Positions 11,001 to 18,971 of a DNA stretch of 64,000 nucleotides are shown here, piece after piece. The position numbers and the translations under genes are program-made. The notes below the pieces were generated by a model that was not told where the DNA came from, searched no databases, and saw nothing but the letters and a program-made list of their open reading frames with translations. Source of the stretch: an uncultured delta proteobacterium (lineage in GTDB: Bacteria > Myxococcota_A > Polyangia > Palsa-1104); assembly GCA_963785725.1 (NCBI GenBank), contig CAWAWS010000004.1, positions 128,001 through 192,000 on the forward strand. The letters run 5' to 3'. Each line of letters starts with the position of its first letter. The stretch's first letter is position 1.

Positions 11001-13296
11001 CTTGCCCGTCGGCTTTGTAGAGCCGCTCGAGCGCGCGCAGGACGTCGAGATCGCGCGGCTCGGCCGTCGCCAACGCCTCGTAGCGCACGATCGCTTGTGT
11101 GCGATCGTCGATGCGCTCGAAGAGCGAGGCCGCTTCCATGCGCAACGCCCGCGCGTCGTCGGGCGACGTCGCCTCTTGCGCCGTCGCGCGTTCGTCGAGC
11201 AGCGGCGCCAAGTCGCGCCACTGCGCGTGCACCCGGAACAGCTGCTCGAGCGCGGCGCGCGCGTCCTGATCGGTCGCGTCCTTCGCCAGCGCCGCGCGGT
11301 AGGCCGTCGCCGCCGCGTTGGCGTCGCCGAGGCGCGTCTCCAAGACTTCGGCTTGCAGCACGAACTGGCCGGCCGCACCGAGCGCCGCCGCCAGCTCCTG
11401 CCAACGCTCGAGCCGACGCAAGAGCTGCAGCCGAAGCTCGGCGGCGTCGGCCAGGTTGGGCTCGAGGTTCAAGGCTTCGTCGAGCGCCGTCAGGGCATAT
11501 TCGGCGGCGTTGAGCTTGTCGCCGTAGAGCCGCGCCAGCCGCAGCCACGTCTGCGCGCGCTCGTCGTCGGGCAGCGTCGGCACGACTTCGGTCAGCTCGC
11601 TGAGCAGCTCGTTCCACATGCCGGTCGCTGCCGCCAGCCGCTCGAGGTCGTCCCACGCCGAAGCGCGCGGATGCTCCTTATATGCGGCGATGCGCGCCGT
11701 GAACGCGCGCGACAGATCGCCGACGCCGGCCTCGAAGATGCGACCGACGTCCTCGAGCAGCTCGGCGCGACGCGCGGCTTCGCCCTCGACGCCGACACGG
11801 CCGAGCTGCAGATCGACGAGCCGCTCCCAATCGGCCAGCTCGCGCAGCTTCACGGTCAGCTGGTCGAGCCGCTCGATGCCGTCTTGGCGCGTCGGATCCT
11901 CGGCCAAGAGCAGGAGCCAGCCTTCGAAGTCGTCGTCGTCGGGCAGCGCCGGTCCGCCGTTGCCGACGGTGGCCTTGAGCGCGCGCGCCAACGCCACCAC
12001 GTCCTCGGCCTCGAGCACGCGAATGCGATAGGCCGCGTACAGCTCCTCGCGCTCGATGGCGCCGAGGCCGGGAATGACCGCGTAATGCTCGGCGTCGCCG
12101 GCGCGCGCGCCCGACAAGACGCGCTCGAGGAGTATACCTAGATCGGGATCTTGGCCTTCGAAGCCGACGAACAGGAACGAGCGCGAACGATAGAGATCGT
12201 GCGCCACCGAGCGATAACCGCCGTCGGCGAGCGCCGCTTGCACGTCCTCGGCCGAGAACACGACCGTCTCGGCGCGCGCCGGATCGCCGAGCGCCTTGAA
12301 GATGAAGCGCGCTTTGCCGTCGGCCGCGAGCGCGACGTGATCGTGCGGCGTGTAGATGCGCGGCACCTGCCCGTCACGCGTGAAGGCACGCTCGAAGGCG
12401 TCGTCCCACGTCGTCGTCACGACGGCGCGGAACGGCAGCTCGCCGAGCAGACGCACGGCGTCCGACAGCTCGGCCGTCGGCGTCGACGCGCGCTGCAATT
12501 CGCCGGCGAAGCGCTCGCCCAAGCGGCGACGCACGAAGCCGGCGGCGGCGAGCGGCCGGCGATCGAGGACGCGGCGCGCCTCGGAGGCGTCGCCTTCGGG
12601 CAGCGCGGCCAGCACTTTATCGACGGTCGCGCGATAGGTTCGGATTTCGCCGCTGCCGAGGCGCGCTCCGGCGCACAAGACGGCGCGACCGTTGCGCAGC
12701 CGCTCGGCCAGCGCGACCAGCTCGGGCGCGATGGCGACGGGCGCCTCTTCGTCGTCGCCGGCGTCGTCGGCGGTCATGTCGATGACGAGGCCGGACGCGG
12801 GCGCGGCTGGTCCATCGCCGATGACTTCGGGCTCGTCGTCGACGGCGCCGGCCGCTTGCGCGGGGACGTCGGCGATGACTTCGGGCTCGCTGTCGACGAC
12901 CGCGGCCGGCGCCGGCGAATCGTCGACGACATCGGTCTCACCGACGGCCGCGACGGCCGGCGCATCGGCGATGACCTCGGGCGCGTGGTCGACAGCCGCT
13001 GCCGTCGCCGGCGCGTCGTCGATGACGTCGGGCGCCGCGTCGACGGGCGCTTCCGGCGCGGTCGTCGTCACCGTCGCCGCGTTCGTCACGACCGGCGCCG
13101 CCTGGTGGCGATTCTCCCGCTTCTGCCGCTTGCGATCCTTGCGACTGCCTTTCGGCGCCTCGGCCGTCGCATGGGGTTGCAGCGCCGTCGCTGGTGCCGA
13201 AGCTGCGGGCGCGTTGCCGCTCGCATTCGGGGTTGGCGTGGTGAGGTCTTTCGCGTCGCCCGAGCCATCAGCGGTGGTGCCGTCAACCATGTGCAC
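8011..13296 (-). CDS. 1761-aa protein: acidic low-complexity N-terminus, degenerate SIR2-like domain, long TPR array and myxobacterial-type C-terminal domain
   Basis: VLCAGARLG / VVTTTWDD / FKALGDP / SFLFVGFEGQDPDL in SIR2_2 order at ~12720-11970, followed by many TPR-like helices (e.g. RALELDPTH, ALAVDPEH). Confidence 0.85.
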   Translation of the reverse strand: MHMVDGTTADGSGDAKDLTTPTPNASGNAPAASAPATALQPHATAEAPKGSRKDRKRQKRENRHQAAPVVTNAATVTTTAPEAPVDAAPDVIDDAPATAAAVDHAPEVIADAPAVAAVGETDVVDDSPAPAAVVDSEPEVIADVPAQAAGAVDDEPEVIGDGPAAPASGLVIDMTADDAGDDEEAPVAIAPELVALAERLRNGRAVLCAGARLGSGEIRTYRATVDKVLAALPEGDASEARRVLDRRPLAAAGFVRRRLGERFAGELQRASTPTAELSDAVRLLGELPFRAVVTTTWDDAFERAFTRDGQVPRIYTPHDHVALAADGKARFIFKALGDPARAETVVFSAEDVQAALADGGYRSVAHDLYRSRSFLFVGFEGQDPDLGILLERVLSGARAGDAEHYAVIPGLGAIEREELYAAYRIRVLEAEDVVALARALKATVGNGGPALPDDDDFEGWLLLLAEDPTRQDGIERLDQLTVKLRELADWERLVDLQLGRVGVEGEAARRAELLEDVGRIFEAGVGDLSRAFTARIAAYKEHPRASAWDDLERLAAATGMWNELLSELTEVVPTLPDDERAQTWLRLARLYGDKLNAAEYALTALDEALNLEPNLADAAELRLQLLRRLERWQELAAALGAAGQFVLQAEVLETRLGDANAAATAYRAALAKDATDQDARAALEQLFRVHAQWRDLAPLLDERATAQEATSPDDARALRMEAASLFERIDDRTQAIVRYEALATAEPRDLDVLRALERLYKADGQEQRYIESLGRQADVAEPRERAALYRRMASLYEELPGGADGAEECLEKLLSVDSRSEDALRSLERLYRADKKWDALVDVLRRHAAIVPPPIAGELHAQIGAIYENELRDPARAIEAFLDVETALPNHGETMAALTRLYEKSSEWQKAADVLERRAQIAEVKAEKLEHVFRAGEIYAGKLSDARAAETRFVRALELDPTHVPTMTALVEIYRKHGEFLKAAKLLVEAVPHTTNRLEKTRLYVEAGEIFDGLDDGKKATQLYLDALAVDPEHVEAGERVAELLWKAERYEDLVPVLEMLTRKESESPVLVERLVRLAQSAERLGLDDKIGKAYSRAATLDPKNLPAARGRAQWHWTHGQWPEALLALEAIFHTHVDDLPPSEKVELFQRLAACELQLQHKEAAKAYLSRALELDPTHRPSILLSMELGTAQPESLIDAKKALLLTAPVDEKLRLYTEIGDLWLTKLENRAEAIAAWREGLELQPENHKLLHKCLDVYVEEKSWSRALEMLERLIACEKTTSVRAKYRHAAGLICRDELGRSEDAATHLSAALDDDGSLERSAQALEELYIDRREWKALARFYRKTLKRLGPESPENADGKNEERRRIWTAVGDVCLSQLGERESALAALEVALTFGKATLERHKQIADLYVQAGPDKFDKAILEHQYILRNEKNRVVSYRALKHLYIQTSQRDKSIHLSYALAFLKKGEPDDLEKIARHKAQLPGLLTAKRTISDEMWQRLTHPDEDRYLDALFAIMGPMLAVAQAQPHKALGLVRKEALPLDDARSYAKALKYVATALGVPAPETYVRPEQKEPVTFAYCVDKSQYVPVFVLGAPLVGDKRGEREQVFELGRRVAQLRPERLLRLVLPQAQQLGIVVEAAMALGGDVLDETTDLGKMAAAMKRSLAAAQLEQVAAIGRKLRAGGVRGEAAALAWLQASDLTALRAGYMLAGDLETSARLVAGEPQPGTALPATQRLLDLVWSSVTEDMFAVRKHLGIL

Positions 13297-13338
13297 ACTC
13301 CAGTCCTACGCAGAATTCGCGTAGCACGAGCGTGAGCG

Positions 13339-13456
13339 ACAATTCAATTGTTACGCGTGAATCGACGCGCCACGCAGGTCGAAGTTACCAATTGGAATCA
13401 CTTTATCGCCGATCTCAACAAATGTTGAGACGCAACGATGCAAACGGAGTGTTGCG
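13339..13456. promoter_or_regulatory. Cluster of inverted repeats (possible operators) upstream of the SIR2-TPR gene
   Basis: ACAATT-C-AATTGT 13339-13351, CCAATTGG 13388-13395, TCTCAACA-AA-TGTTGAGA 13413-13430, CGCAAC...GTTGCG 13431-13456 in an AT-richer gap. Confidence 0.5.
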
Positions 13457-13475
13457 CGCCGGTGACGTGACGCGG

Positions 13476-13904
13476 TCAGTCGCCCGCGTCGATACCGTCG
13501 ACGCCGTAGAGATCGGGCGGAAAGTAATCGCCGTCGATCGTGAACAGCGAGCTGGTGCAGGTGGCGCCGAGATGGACCGACTCGACGTCGGTGCCGAGCA
13601 AGGTCACGCCGCCGTAGGCTTCGAAGTGGACGTCGACGAGCTTATTTCCCGGGAAGCCCGACGGCCACGTCAACGCGCCGTAGACATCGGAGATGTCGCC
13701 CGGCGTATGCGGCAGCGTCACCGAAGCCGGCGGCGTGTTGGTGAAGACGACGACGCGATCGGCCAATTGCGCGTTCTCGTCGAGCTCGATGTCCATGGTG
13801 AGCTGTCCCGGCGTGCACTTCGTCTTCGAGCCGCACGCGACGAAGACGACCGAGGCCAACAGCAGCGACGCAGACGACAAGGCTAAATAGGTTTTGGTAC
13901 GCAT
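13476..13904 (-). CDS. Hypothetical lipoprotein
   Basis: Signal peptide with lipobox FVAC; beta-rich body; Asp-rich tail. Confidence 0.7.
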   Translation of the reverse strand: MRTKTYLALSSASLLLASVVFVACGSKTKCTPGQLTMDIELDENAQLADRVVVFTNTPPASVTLPHTPGDISDVYGALTWPSGFPGNKLVDVHFEAYGGVTLLGTDVESVHLGATCTSSLFTIDGDYFPPDLYGVDGIDAGD

Positions 13905-13968
13905 GCGCCAAGCCTAGCATACCGTCGCGCTCGTTGACCCTATCGCCGCTGACGGCTACAACCGAGTC

Positions 13969-14712
13969 GTGCTCGCCGCCGTCCGCGATATTTATCGGCA
14001 ATCGAAGAAGAAGCGCGACAACTTTTGGACCGAGTGGGTCTCGCGCCCGCCCGCGGCCGTGATCGTCTGGATGCTGCGTCCGACGCCGATCACGCCCAAC
14101 CAGGTGTCGTTCGTCGCCATCGCCGTCGCCGCCGCCGGCTGCGCCGCGCTCATCTTCTGGCCCACTTGGCTCGGCCTCATCGTCGCCGGCCTGACGCTGC
14201 AGCTGGCCTACGTCATCGACTGCGTCGACGGTCAGCTGGCGCGCCTCAAGTCGATGACGTCGCCCGCCGGCGCGCTGCTCGACTTCATGCTCGACGAGGT
14301 CAAGGCGTTCCTGGTCATCGGCTCGTCGGTGACGCGGCTCTACTTGCAGACGCACGATCCGCGCTGGCTGCTGTTCGGCTTGGGCGGCCTCTTCGCCGCC
14401 GCCGTCGGCATCACGCTGACCTCGTTCATGCGCCGCCCCGAATATCTCGAATACACCGGCGCGCCGCCCATCCCGCCGGCGACGGAGCGCGGCGATCACG
14501 CGCCCAAGTCGTTATCGCCTTTGGCCTTGGTAGAAGCGCTCGGTAAATACGTTTTGCATTATCCGAGCTGGTTTCTCTTCGTGTGCGCGTTCAATCGTCT
14601 CGATATCTTCGTCTACGCATATTTGAGCGCGCATATCCTTTATTTGGGACGCTCGAGCCTGATCGTTTTGATCAAGCTGGGACGGCCCGCGCGCAAGAAG
14701 GTGGTGTCATGA
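13969..14712 (+). CDS. CDP-alcohol phosphatidyltransferase family membrane protein
   Basis: ITPNQVS and DCVDGQLAR...SPAGALLDFMLD signature. Confidence 0.92.
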   Translation: MLAAVRDIYRQSKKKRDNFWTEWVSRPPAAVIVWMLRPTPITPNQVSFVAIAVAAAGCAALIFWPTWLGLIVAGLTLQLAYVIDCVDGQLARLKSMTSPAGALLDFMLDEVKAFLVIGSSVTRLYLQTHDPRWLLFGLGGLFAAAVGITLTSFMRRPEYLEYTGAPPIPPATERGDHAPKSLSPLALVEALGKYVLHYPSWFLFVCAFNRLDIFVYAYLSAHILYLGRSSLIVLIKLGRPARKKVVS

Positions 14713-15458
14713 AGGCCATCATCGTCGCCGCCGGAATGGGCCGTCGTCTCGCGCCCTACACCGACGATCGCCCGAAAACGCTGGTCGAGATCAACGGCAA
14801 GTCGATCTTGCAGCGGCAGATCGACGCCTATCGCGCCGCCGGAATCGACGACATCATCATCGTGCGCGGTTATATGAAGGAGCTGATTCAGGTCGAAGGC
14901 GCGCGCTATTTCGATAACGATCAGTTCCGCGAAAACAATATTCTAGTTTCGTTGTTCCATGCCGAATCGGCGATGGATGACGGGTTCCTGTTTTCTTATT
15001 CCGATATCGTATTTCGCCCCGAAGTCGTTCGTACCGCGCTCGATACGCCGGGTGACTATGCGCTCGTGATCGATCGTCGCTGGCACGAGGCTTATGTCGG
15101 CCGCCTGAATCATCCCGTCGAGGAGGGTGAGGTCGCCAAGGTCGTCGGCGATCGCGTGACGCTGGTCGGCAAGAAGACGATGCCGGCCGACGAAGCGACC
15201 GGCGAATTCATCGGCCTGGCGCGCTTTTCGGGCGCGGCCGCCAATCAGATGCGCGCCCGTTATCACGAACGCAAAACCGAATATTTGGATAAGCCTTACG
15301 GCCGCGCGCCGCGATTCCAGGTCGCCTACTTGACCGACCTGTTGAATGATCTAATCGGCAGCGGCGCCATCATGCGGCCGGCCTTCATCGACGGCGGCTG
15401 GCGCGAGATCGACACCGTCGAGGATTTGGAGCGCGCCAAGCCGGTCGTCAGCTGGTGA
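14709..15458 (+). CDS. Sugar/alcohol-phosphate cytidylyltransferase (LicC/IPCT/PntC-like NTP transferase)
   Basis: MKAIIVAAGMGRRL...PKTL, YSDIV, GEFIGL, WREIDTVEDL; ATGA overlap with the upstream gene. Confidence 0.88.
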   Translation: MKAIIVAAGMGRRLAPYTDDRPKTLVEINGKSILQRQIDAYRAAGIDDIIIVRGYMKELIQVEGARYFDNDQFRENNILVSLFHAESAMDDGFLFSYSDIVFRPEVVRTALDTPGDYALVIDRRWHEAYVGRLNHPVEEGEVAKVVGDRVTLVGKKTMPADEATGEFIGLARFSGAAANQMRARYHERKTEYLDKPYGRAPRFQVAYLTDLLNDLIGSGAIMRPAFIDGGWREIDTVEDLERAKPVVSW

Positions 15459-15465
15459 ATCGAAT

Positions 15466-16659
15466 ATGAAAATACTCATTATCGACGCTTTTTCCGAAGC
15501 GCATTTGGAGGCATTCGCGGCGCTCGGTTTGGCCGTCGAATATCAGCCGACGATCGCGGCCGAGGATCTACCGCGCGCCATCGCCGACGCCGGAATCCTG
15601 GTCGCGCGCAGCAAAGAGGTGAAAGCGGCGGCGATCGAAGGCGCGCGGGCGTTGGCGTTGATCGTGCGCGCCGGCGCCGGCGTCAACACCATCGACGTCA
15701 AAGCGGCCTCTGCGCATGGCATCTACGTCGCCAATTGCCCGGGCAAGAACGCGGTCGCCGTCGCGGAATTGACGCTGGCGCTGCTCTTGTCGCTCGATCG
15801 GCGCATCCCCGATCAAGTGCGCGATCTGCGCGCCGGGCAGTGGAACAAGAAGGAATATTCGCAGGCCGATGGGCTGTTCGGGCGCACGCTCGGCATCGTC
15901 GGGATGGGCGCGATCGGCCAAGAAGTGGCGCGGCGGGCGCGCGCGTTCGGCATGCACGTCGTCGCCTGGTCGCGCTCGCTCGACGACACGCGCGCCGCCG
16001 AGCTCGGCGTCGAGCGCGTGCGCACGGTGGCCGAATTGTGCGGCCGCGCCGACGCGGTGACGCTGCACGTGGCGCTGGCGCCGGAGACGCGCGGGCTCAT
16101 CGGCGAGGCGGCGCTCGGGCGCATGAAGACCCGCGCCATGCTCATCAACATGGCGCGCAGCGAGATCGTCGATTCGGCGGCGCTGGCGCGCGCGATCGCC
16201 GAGAAGCAGCTGCGCGTGGCCAGCGACGTCTTCGACGGCGAGCCCAAGGCGGCGACCGGCGCCTTCGCCGACGCGCTCGGCCGCAGCATTTACGGCACGC
16301 ATCACGTGGGCGCGTCGACAAATCAGGCGCAGGCGGCCATCGCCGACGAGACGGTGCGCATCGTGCGCAGCTTCGTCGAGCGCGGCGAGGTGCCGAACTG
16401 CGTGAACCTGGCGACGCGTTCGCCGGCGGCGTTCCAGCTGCTCGTGCGGCACCTCGACCAAGTGGGCGTGCTGGCGGAGGTGTTGGGCGCGATTCGTCGT
16501 CACGACATCAACGTCGAGGAGATGGAGAACACCATTTTCGAGGGCGCCCGGGCGGCGAGCGCGAAGATTCGGCTGGGCGCGCGGCCGCCGGCCGAGCTGC
16601 TCGACGAGATCCGCGAGCGCGCCGCCGTCCTGCACGTCGACGTCGTGGAGCTGCCGTGA
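15466..16659 (+). CDS. serA: D-3-phosphoglycerate dehydrogenase-like 2-hydroxyacid dehydrogenase with C-terminal ACT domain
   Basis: RAGAGVNTID, NAVAVAE, GMGAIG, LINMAR, DVFDGEP, HVGAST; C-terminal HLDQVGVLA (ACT). Confidence 0.8.
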   Translation: MKILIIDAFSEAHLEAFAALGLAVEYQPTIAAEDLPRAIADAGILVARSKEVKAAAIEGARALALIVRAGAGVNTIDVKAASAHGIYVANCPGKNAVAVAELTLALLLSLDRRIPDQVRDLRAGQWNKKEYSQADGLFGRTLGIVGMGAIGQEVARRARAFGMHVVAWSRSLDDTRAAELGVERVRTVAELCGRADAVTLHVALAPETRGLIGEAALGRMKTRAMLINMARSEIVDSAALARAIAEKQLRVASDVFDGEPKAATGAFADALGRSIYGTHHVGASTNQAQAAIADETVRIVRSFVERGEVPNCVNLATRSPAAFQLLVRHLDQVGVLAEVLGAIRRHDINVEEMENTIFEGARAASAKIRLGARPPAELLDEIRERAAVLHVDVVELP

Positions 16660-17258
16660 GCGAGATTGCGGTCACTCCGTCGTCGGATGCGTGGGTTCGC
16701 GCGGCGCTCGCCGACCTTCCGACGCTGCTCATCGATCATGCGCACTGCGAGAAGAAGGCGGCCTCGACGGCGGTGCGCTTCCTCTTCAAGTATCCCGAGT
16801 GGCCACAGCTGGTCTCGGCGATGTCGAAGCTGGCGCGCGAGGAGCTCGTCCATTTCGATCGCGTCTTGCGCGAGCTGGCCGAGCGCGGCGTGCCGTTTCG
16901 CGCGCTCAGCGCGGCCGGTTACGCGGCGGCGCTCTTCACGCACTTTCGCGCCGACGAGCGCGGCCGCCGCGTCGACGAGATGCTCGCTTGCGCGCTCATC
17001 GAGGCGCGCAGCCACGAGCGCTTCGTGCGCCTGCAAGCGGCGCTGGCGGCGCTGCCGCAGACGGCCGAGAACGCGCGCCTGGCGGCGTTTTACGACGATC
17101 TGGCGGAAGCCGAGGCGCGTCATGGCGGGCTCTACGTCGCGCTGGCGGAGGAAGCGGCCGGCGGCGACGTCTCCGCGCGTTTGGCCGAGCTGACCGCTTT
17201 GGAGGCGGAGGCGATCTCGCGCCCGTCGCAGCCGCTGCGCATGCACGCCGGCGGCTGA
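16656..17258 (+). CDS. miaE: tRNA-(ms2io6A37) hydroxylase MiaE (di-iron)
   Basis: LIDHAHCEKKAA, LAREELVHF, ALIEARSHERF, EARH, C-terminal RMH; GTGA overlap with the serA stop. Confidence 0.9.
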   Translation: MSEIAVTPSSDAWVRAALADLPTLLIDHAHCEKKAASTAVRFLFKYPEWPQLVSAMSKLAREELVHFDRVLRELAERGVPFRALSAAGYAAALFTHFRADERGRRVDEMLACALIEARSHERFVRLQAALAALPQTAENARLAAFYDDLAEAEARHGGLYVALAEEAAGGDVSARLAELTALEAEAISRPSQPLRMHAGG

Positions 17259-17316
17259 GTCGCGGCAAACCTGCTGCGCGTGGGATCGGTCGCGGCGGTT
17301 TGAAACGGCGGTCGGG

Positions 17317-17583
17317 TTAGACGGCGCGGCGGGCGGCGCTGGTGAGCACGGCGGCGGCGGTGAGACAGCCGATGCCGAGGGCGGTCGAGCCGGCGTGCGC
17401 GAGCGTGAACGAGCCGCCGAGCAGCGCCAACGCCGCGCACAGCCCGAGCGTCGTCGGCAGCGAGCCGTCCGGGCCTTCGCCGTTGAGATCCAACAGGAAA
17501 CCGGGCGAACGATAGGGCTGAAACAGCTCGTCGGACGCCGGCGGCTCGGCGCGATCGGCCGGAAGCTTGCTTGCGTCGGTCAT
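17317..17583 (-). CDS. Small hypothetical membrane protein
   Basis: Two C-terminal hydrophobic segments; co-oriented with upstream genes. Confidence 0.5.
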   Translation of the reverse strand: MTDASKLPADRAEPPASDELFQPYRSPGFLLDLNGEGPDGSLPTTLGLCAALALLGGSFTLAHAGSTALGIGCLTAAAVLTSAARRAV

Positions 17584-17623
17584 GCTGGCAGAACGCCCGC
17601 GCGCGACCGCTTTGTTCCCGCCG

Positions 17624-18127
17624 TCAGCCTTTACCGCAGAAATCGGTCATCGGCGGGGCGCACACGCCGATGGCGCTGGTCTTCATGTTGGCGCAGCAGG
17701 CCAAATCGCTGCGGCACGGCTGGGTCAGGCCGCAGTTGGGCATGCACAAGGTCGTGCCCTCGACGGTGACGCAGCTGGCGCCGAGGTCGAGGCAGGCGGT
17801 GGTATTGGTCGTGACGCACGTGCGGCTGCAGATGCCCATCGTGTCTTTGGCGCCGAGGTGATAGCAGGTGTAGGGCGCGACGCAGTCGGTGCCGCACGGG
17901 TCGCCGAACGTCGGCAGCGGCTGCGCGATGTCGGGACCGCTCGGTGGCGCGGCGTCGGCTGGGCCGCCGTCGCTTTTGCCGACCGACAAGTCGTTGGCGA
18001 CGATGCCGCCGCCGCCGCCGCCGCTGCCGTTACCGCCGTCGTTACCGAAGTGAAAGCGCGAGAAGTCGTCGACGGCGCTGCAGGCCCCGGCCACGACAAT
18101 CAAGGCGAAGGCGAGCAATCGCATCAT
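17624..18127 (-). CDS. Cys-rich lipoprotein
   Basis: Lipobox AGAC, Gly/Asp linker, C-terminal domain with more than 10 Cys. Confidence 0.8.
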   Translation of the reverse strand: MMRLLAFALIVVAGACSAVDDFSRFHFGNDGGNGSGGGGGGIVANDLSVGKSDGGPADAAPPSGPDIAQPLPTFGDPCGTDCVAPYTCYHLGAKDTMGICSRTCVTTNTTACLDLGASCVTVEGTTLCMPNCGLTQPCRSDLACCANMKTSAIGVCAPPMTDFCGKG

Positions 18128-18135
18128 GGACGACC

Positions 18136-18891
18136 TCAAAAGTGGACGGCCAAGCCGCCGTTCGTTGGCAACAGCCGCGCGTGCGCCACCGGGCGACGCG
18201 ACTCCAAGATGAACAGCACGGTGCCGGCGACGACGGCCGCGGCGCCGACGCCGATGAGCACGTCGGTCGACAACGCCAGCGCCTTGCCCGAGCTCTGCTC
18301 ATCCCGCAGGGTTTGGTTGCCGCTGGCACATATTTTATTCGGACATTTGTTGTTCAGGTCGTCGTAGCCCAGCTGCGCGGCGACGCCGGTGCCGATGGCC
18401 GCCAGCAGCAAGCCGACGCCGACGCCACCGACGACGAGGCTGACGACGTGGCGGGTGCGCGACGGCGGCGTCGTCACGAGCGCCGGCCCGCTCGGATTCG
18501 CGACCGGCGGCGGCGCGACCACCGCCTTGCGCTGCTCGGCCGTGCGCCGGTCCTCGAAGTTCTTGATGCGCGACTCGATGACGGCGCGATCGGGCGCGTC
18601 CGGCCGCTCGGTCAGATACTGCCGCAAGGAGGCGATGGCTTCGTCCCAGCGCGACAGCCGCTCGTAGCAGACGCTGATGTTGTAGAGCAGATCGGGCCGC
18701 TGCGAGAGGCGATGCGCCTCGTTGAACTCTTTGACGGCGTCGGTGTAGTTGGCCTGCTCGTAGTAGGCGGAGCCGGCCAGAAAGTGCGCCTTGGCCGCGT
18801 CTTCGTCGGCTTGAGTCGGGAACGTCTGCGCCGCTGCCGTCGCGGCAAAAGCCAAGCTGGCGGCCCATATCGCCGCCAAAAGCAATCGCAT
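18136..18891 (-). CDS. Secreted TPR protein with C-terminal hydrophobic segments
   Basis: Signal peptide, AKAHFLAG..YY...A..EF / LLYNISVCYE TPRs, two hydrophobic helices, ends GGLAVHF. Confidence 0.85.
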   Translation of the reverse strand: MRLLLAAIWAASLAFAATAAAQTFPTQADEDAAKAHFLAGSAYYEQANYTDAVKEFNEAHRLSQRPDLLYNISVCYERLSRWDEAIASLRQYLTERPDAPDRAVIESRIKNFEDRRTAEQRKAVVAPPPVANPSGPALVTTPPSRTRHVVSLVVGGVGVGLLLAAIGTGVAAQLGYDDLNNKCPNKICASGNQTLRDEQSSGKALALSTDVLIGVGAAAVVAGTVLFILESRRPVAHARLLPTNGGLAVHF

Positions 18892-18971
18892 AGTGCCGCC
18901 GAGAATAGCACGGCAGCCTGCGCCGTCCGTGCGTTCTTCGCGCCTGGCGAACAATTCGCGATTGTCGGCGG

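Noticed and set aside
8704..12141. Very long antisense ORFs (also 24453..27227, 38984..41119, 41728..44577, 60304..62448)
   Set aside because: Shadow or alternate-frame ORFs expected at this GC content; no motifs, and they overlap well-supported genes.
8011..13296. Active SIR2 anti-phage system (DSR/Avs/Thoeris)
   Set aside because: Catalytic Asn/His positions appear substituted, I saw no NTPase domain or partner gene, and the context is not a defence island; kept only as a degenerate-domain finding.
15735..17258. 507-aa ORF overlapping serA
   Set aside because: Only the part from GTG 16656 (MiaE) is protein-like; the rest is an alternate frame of serA.
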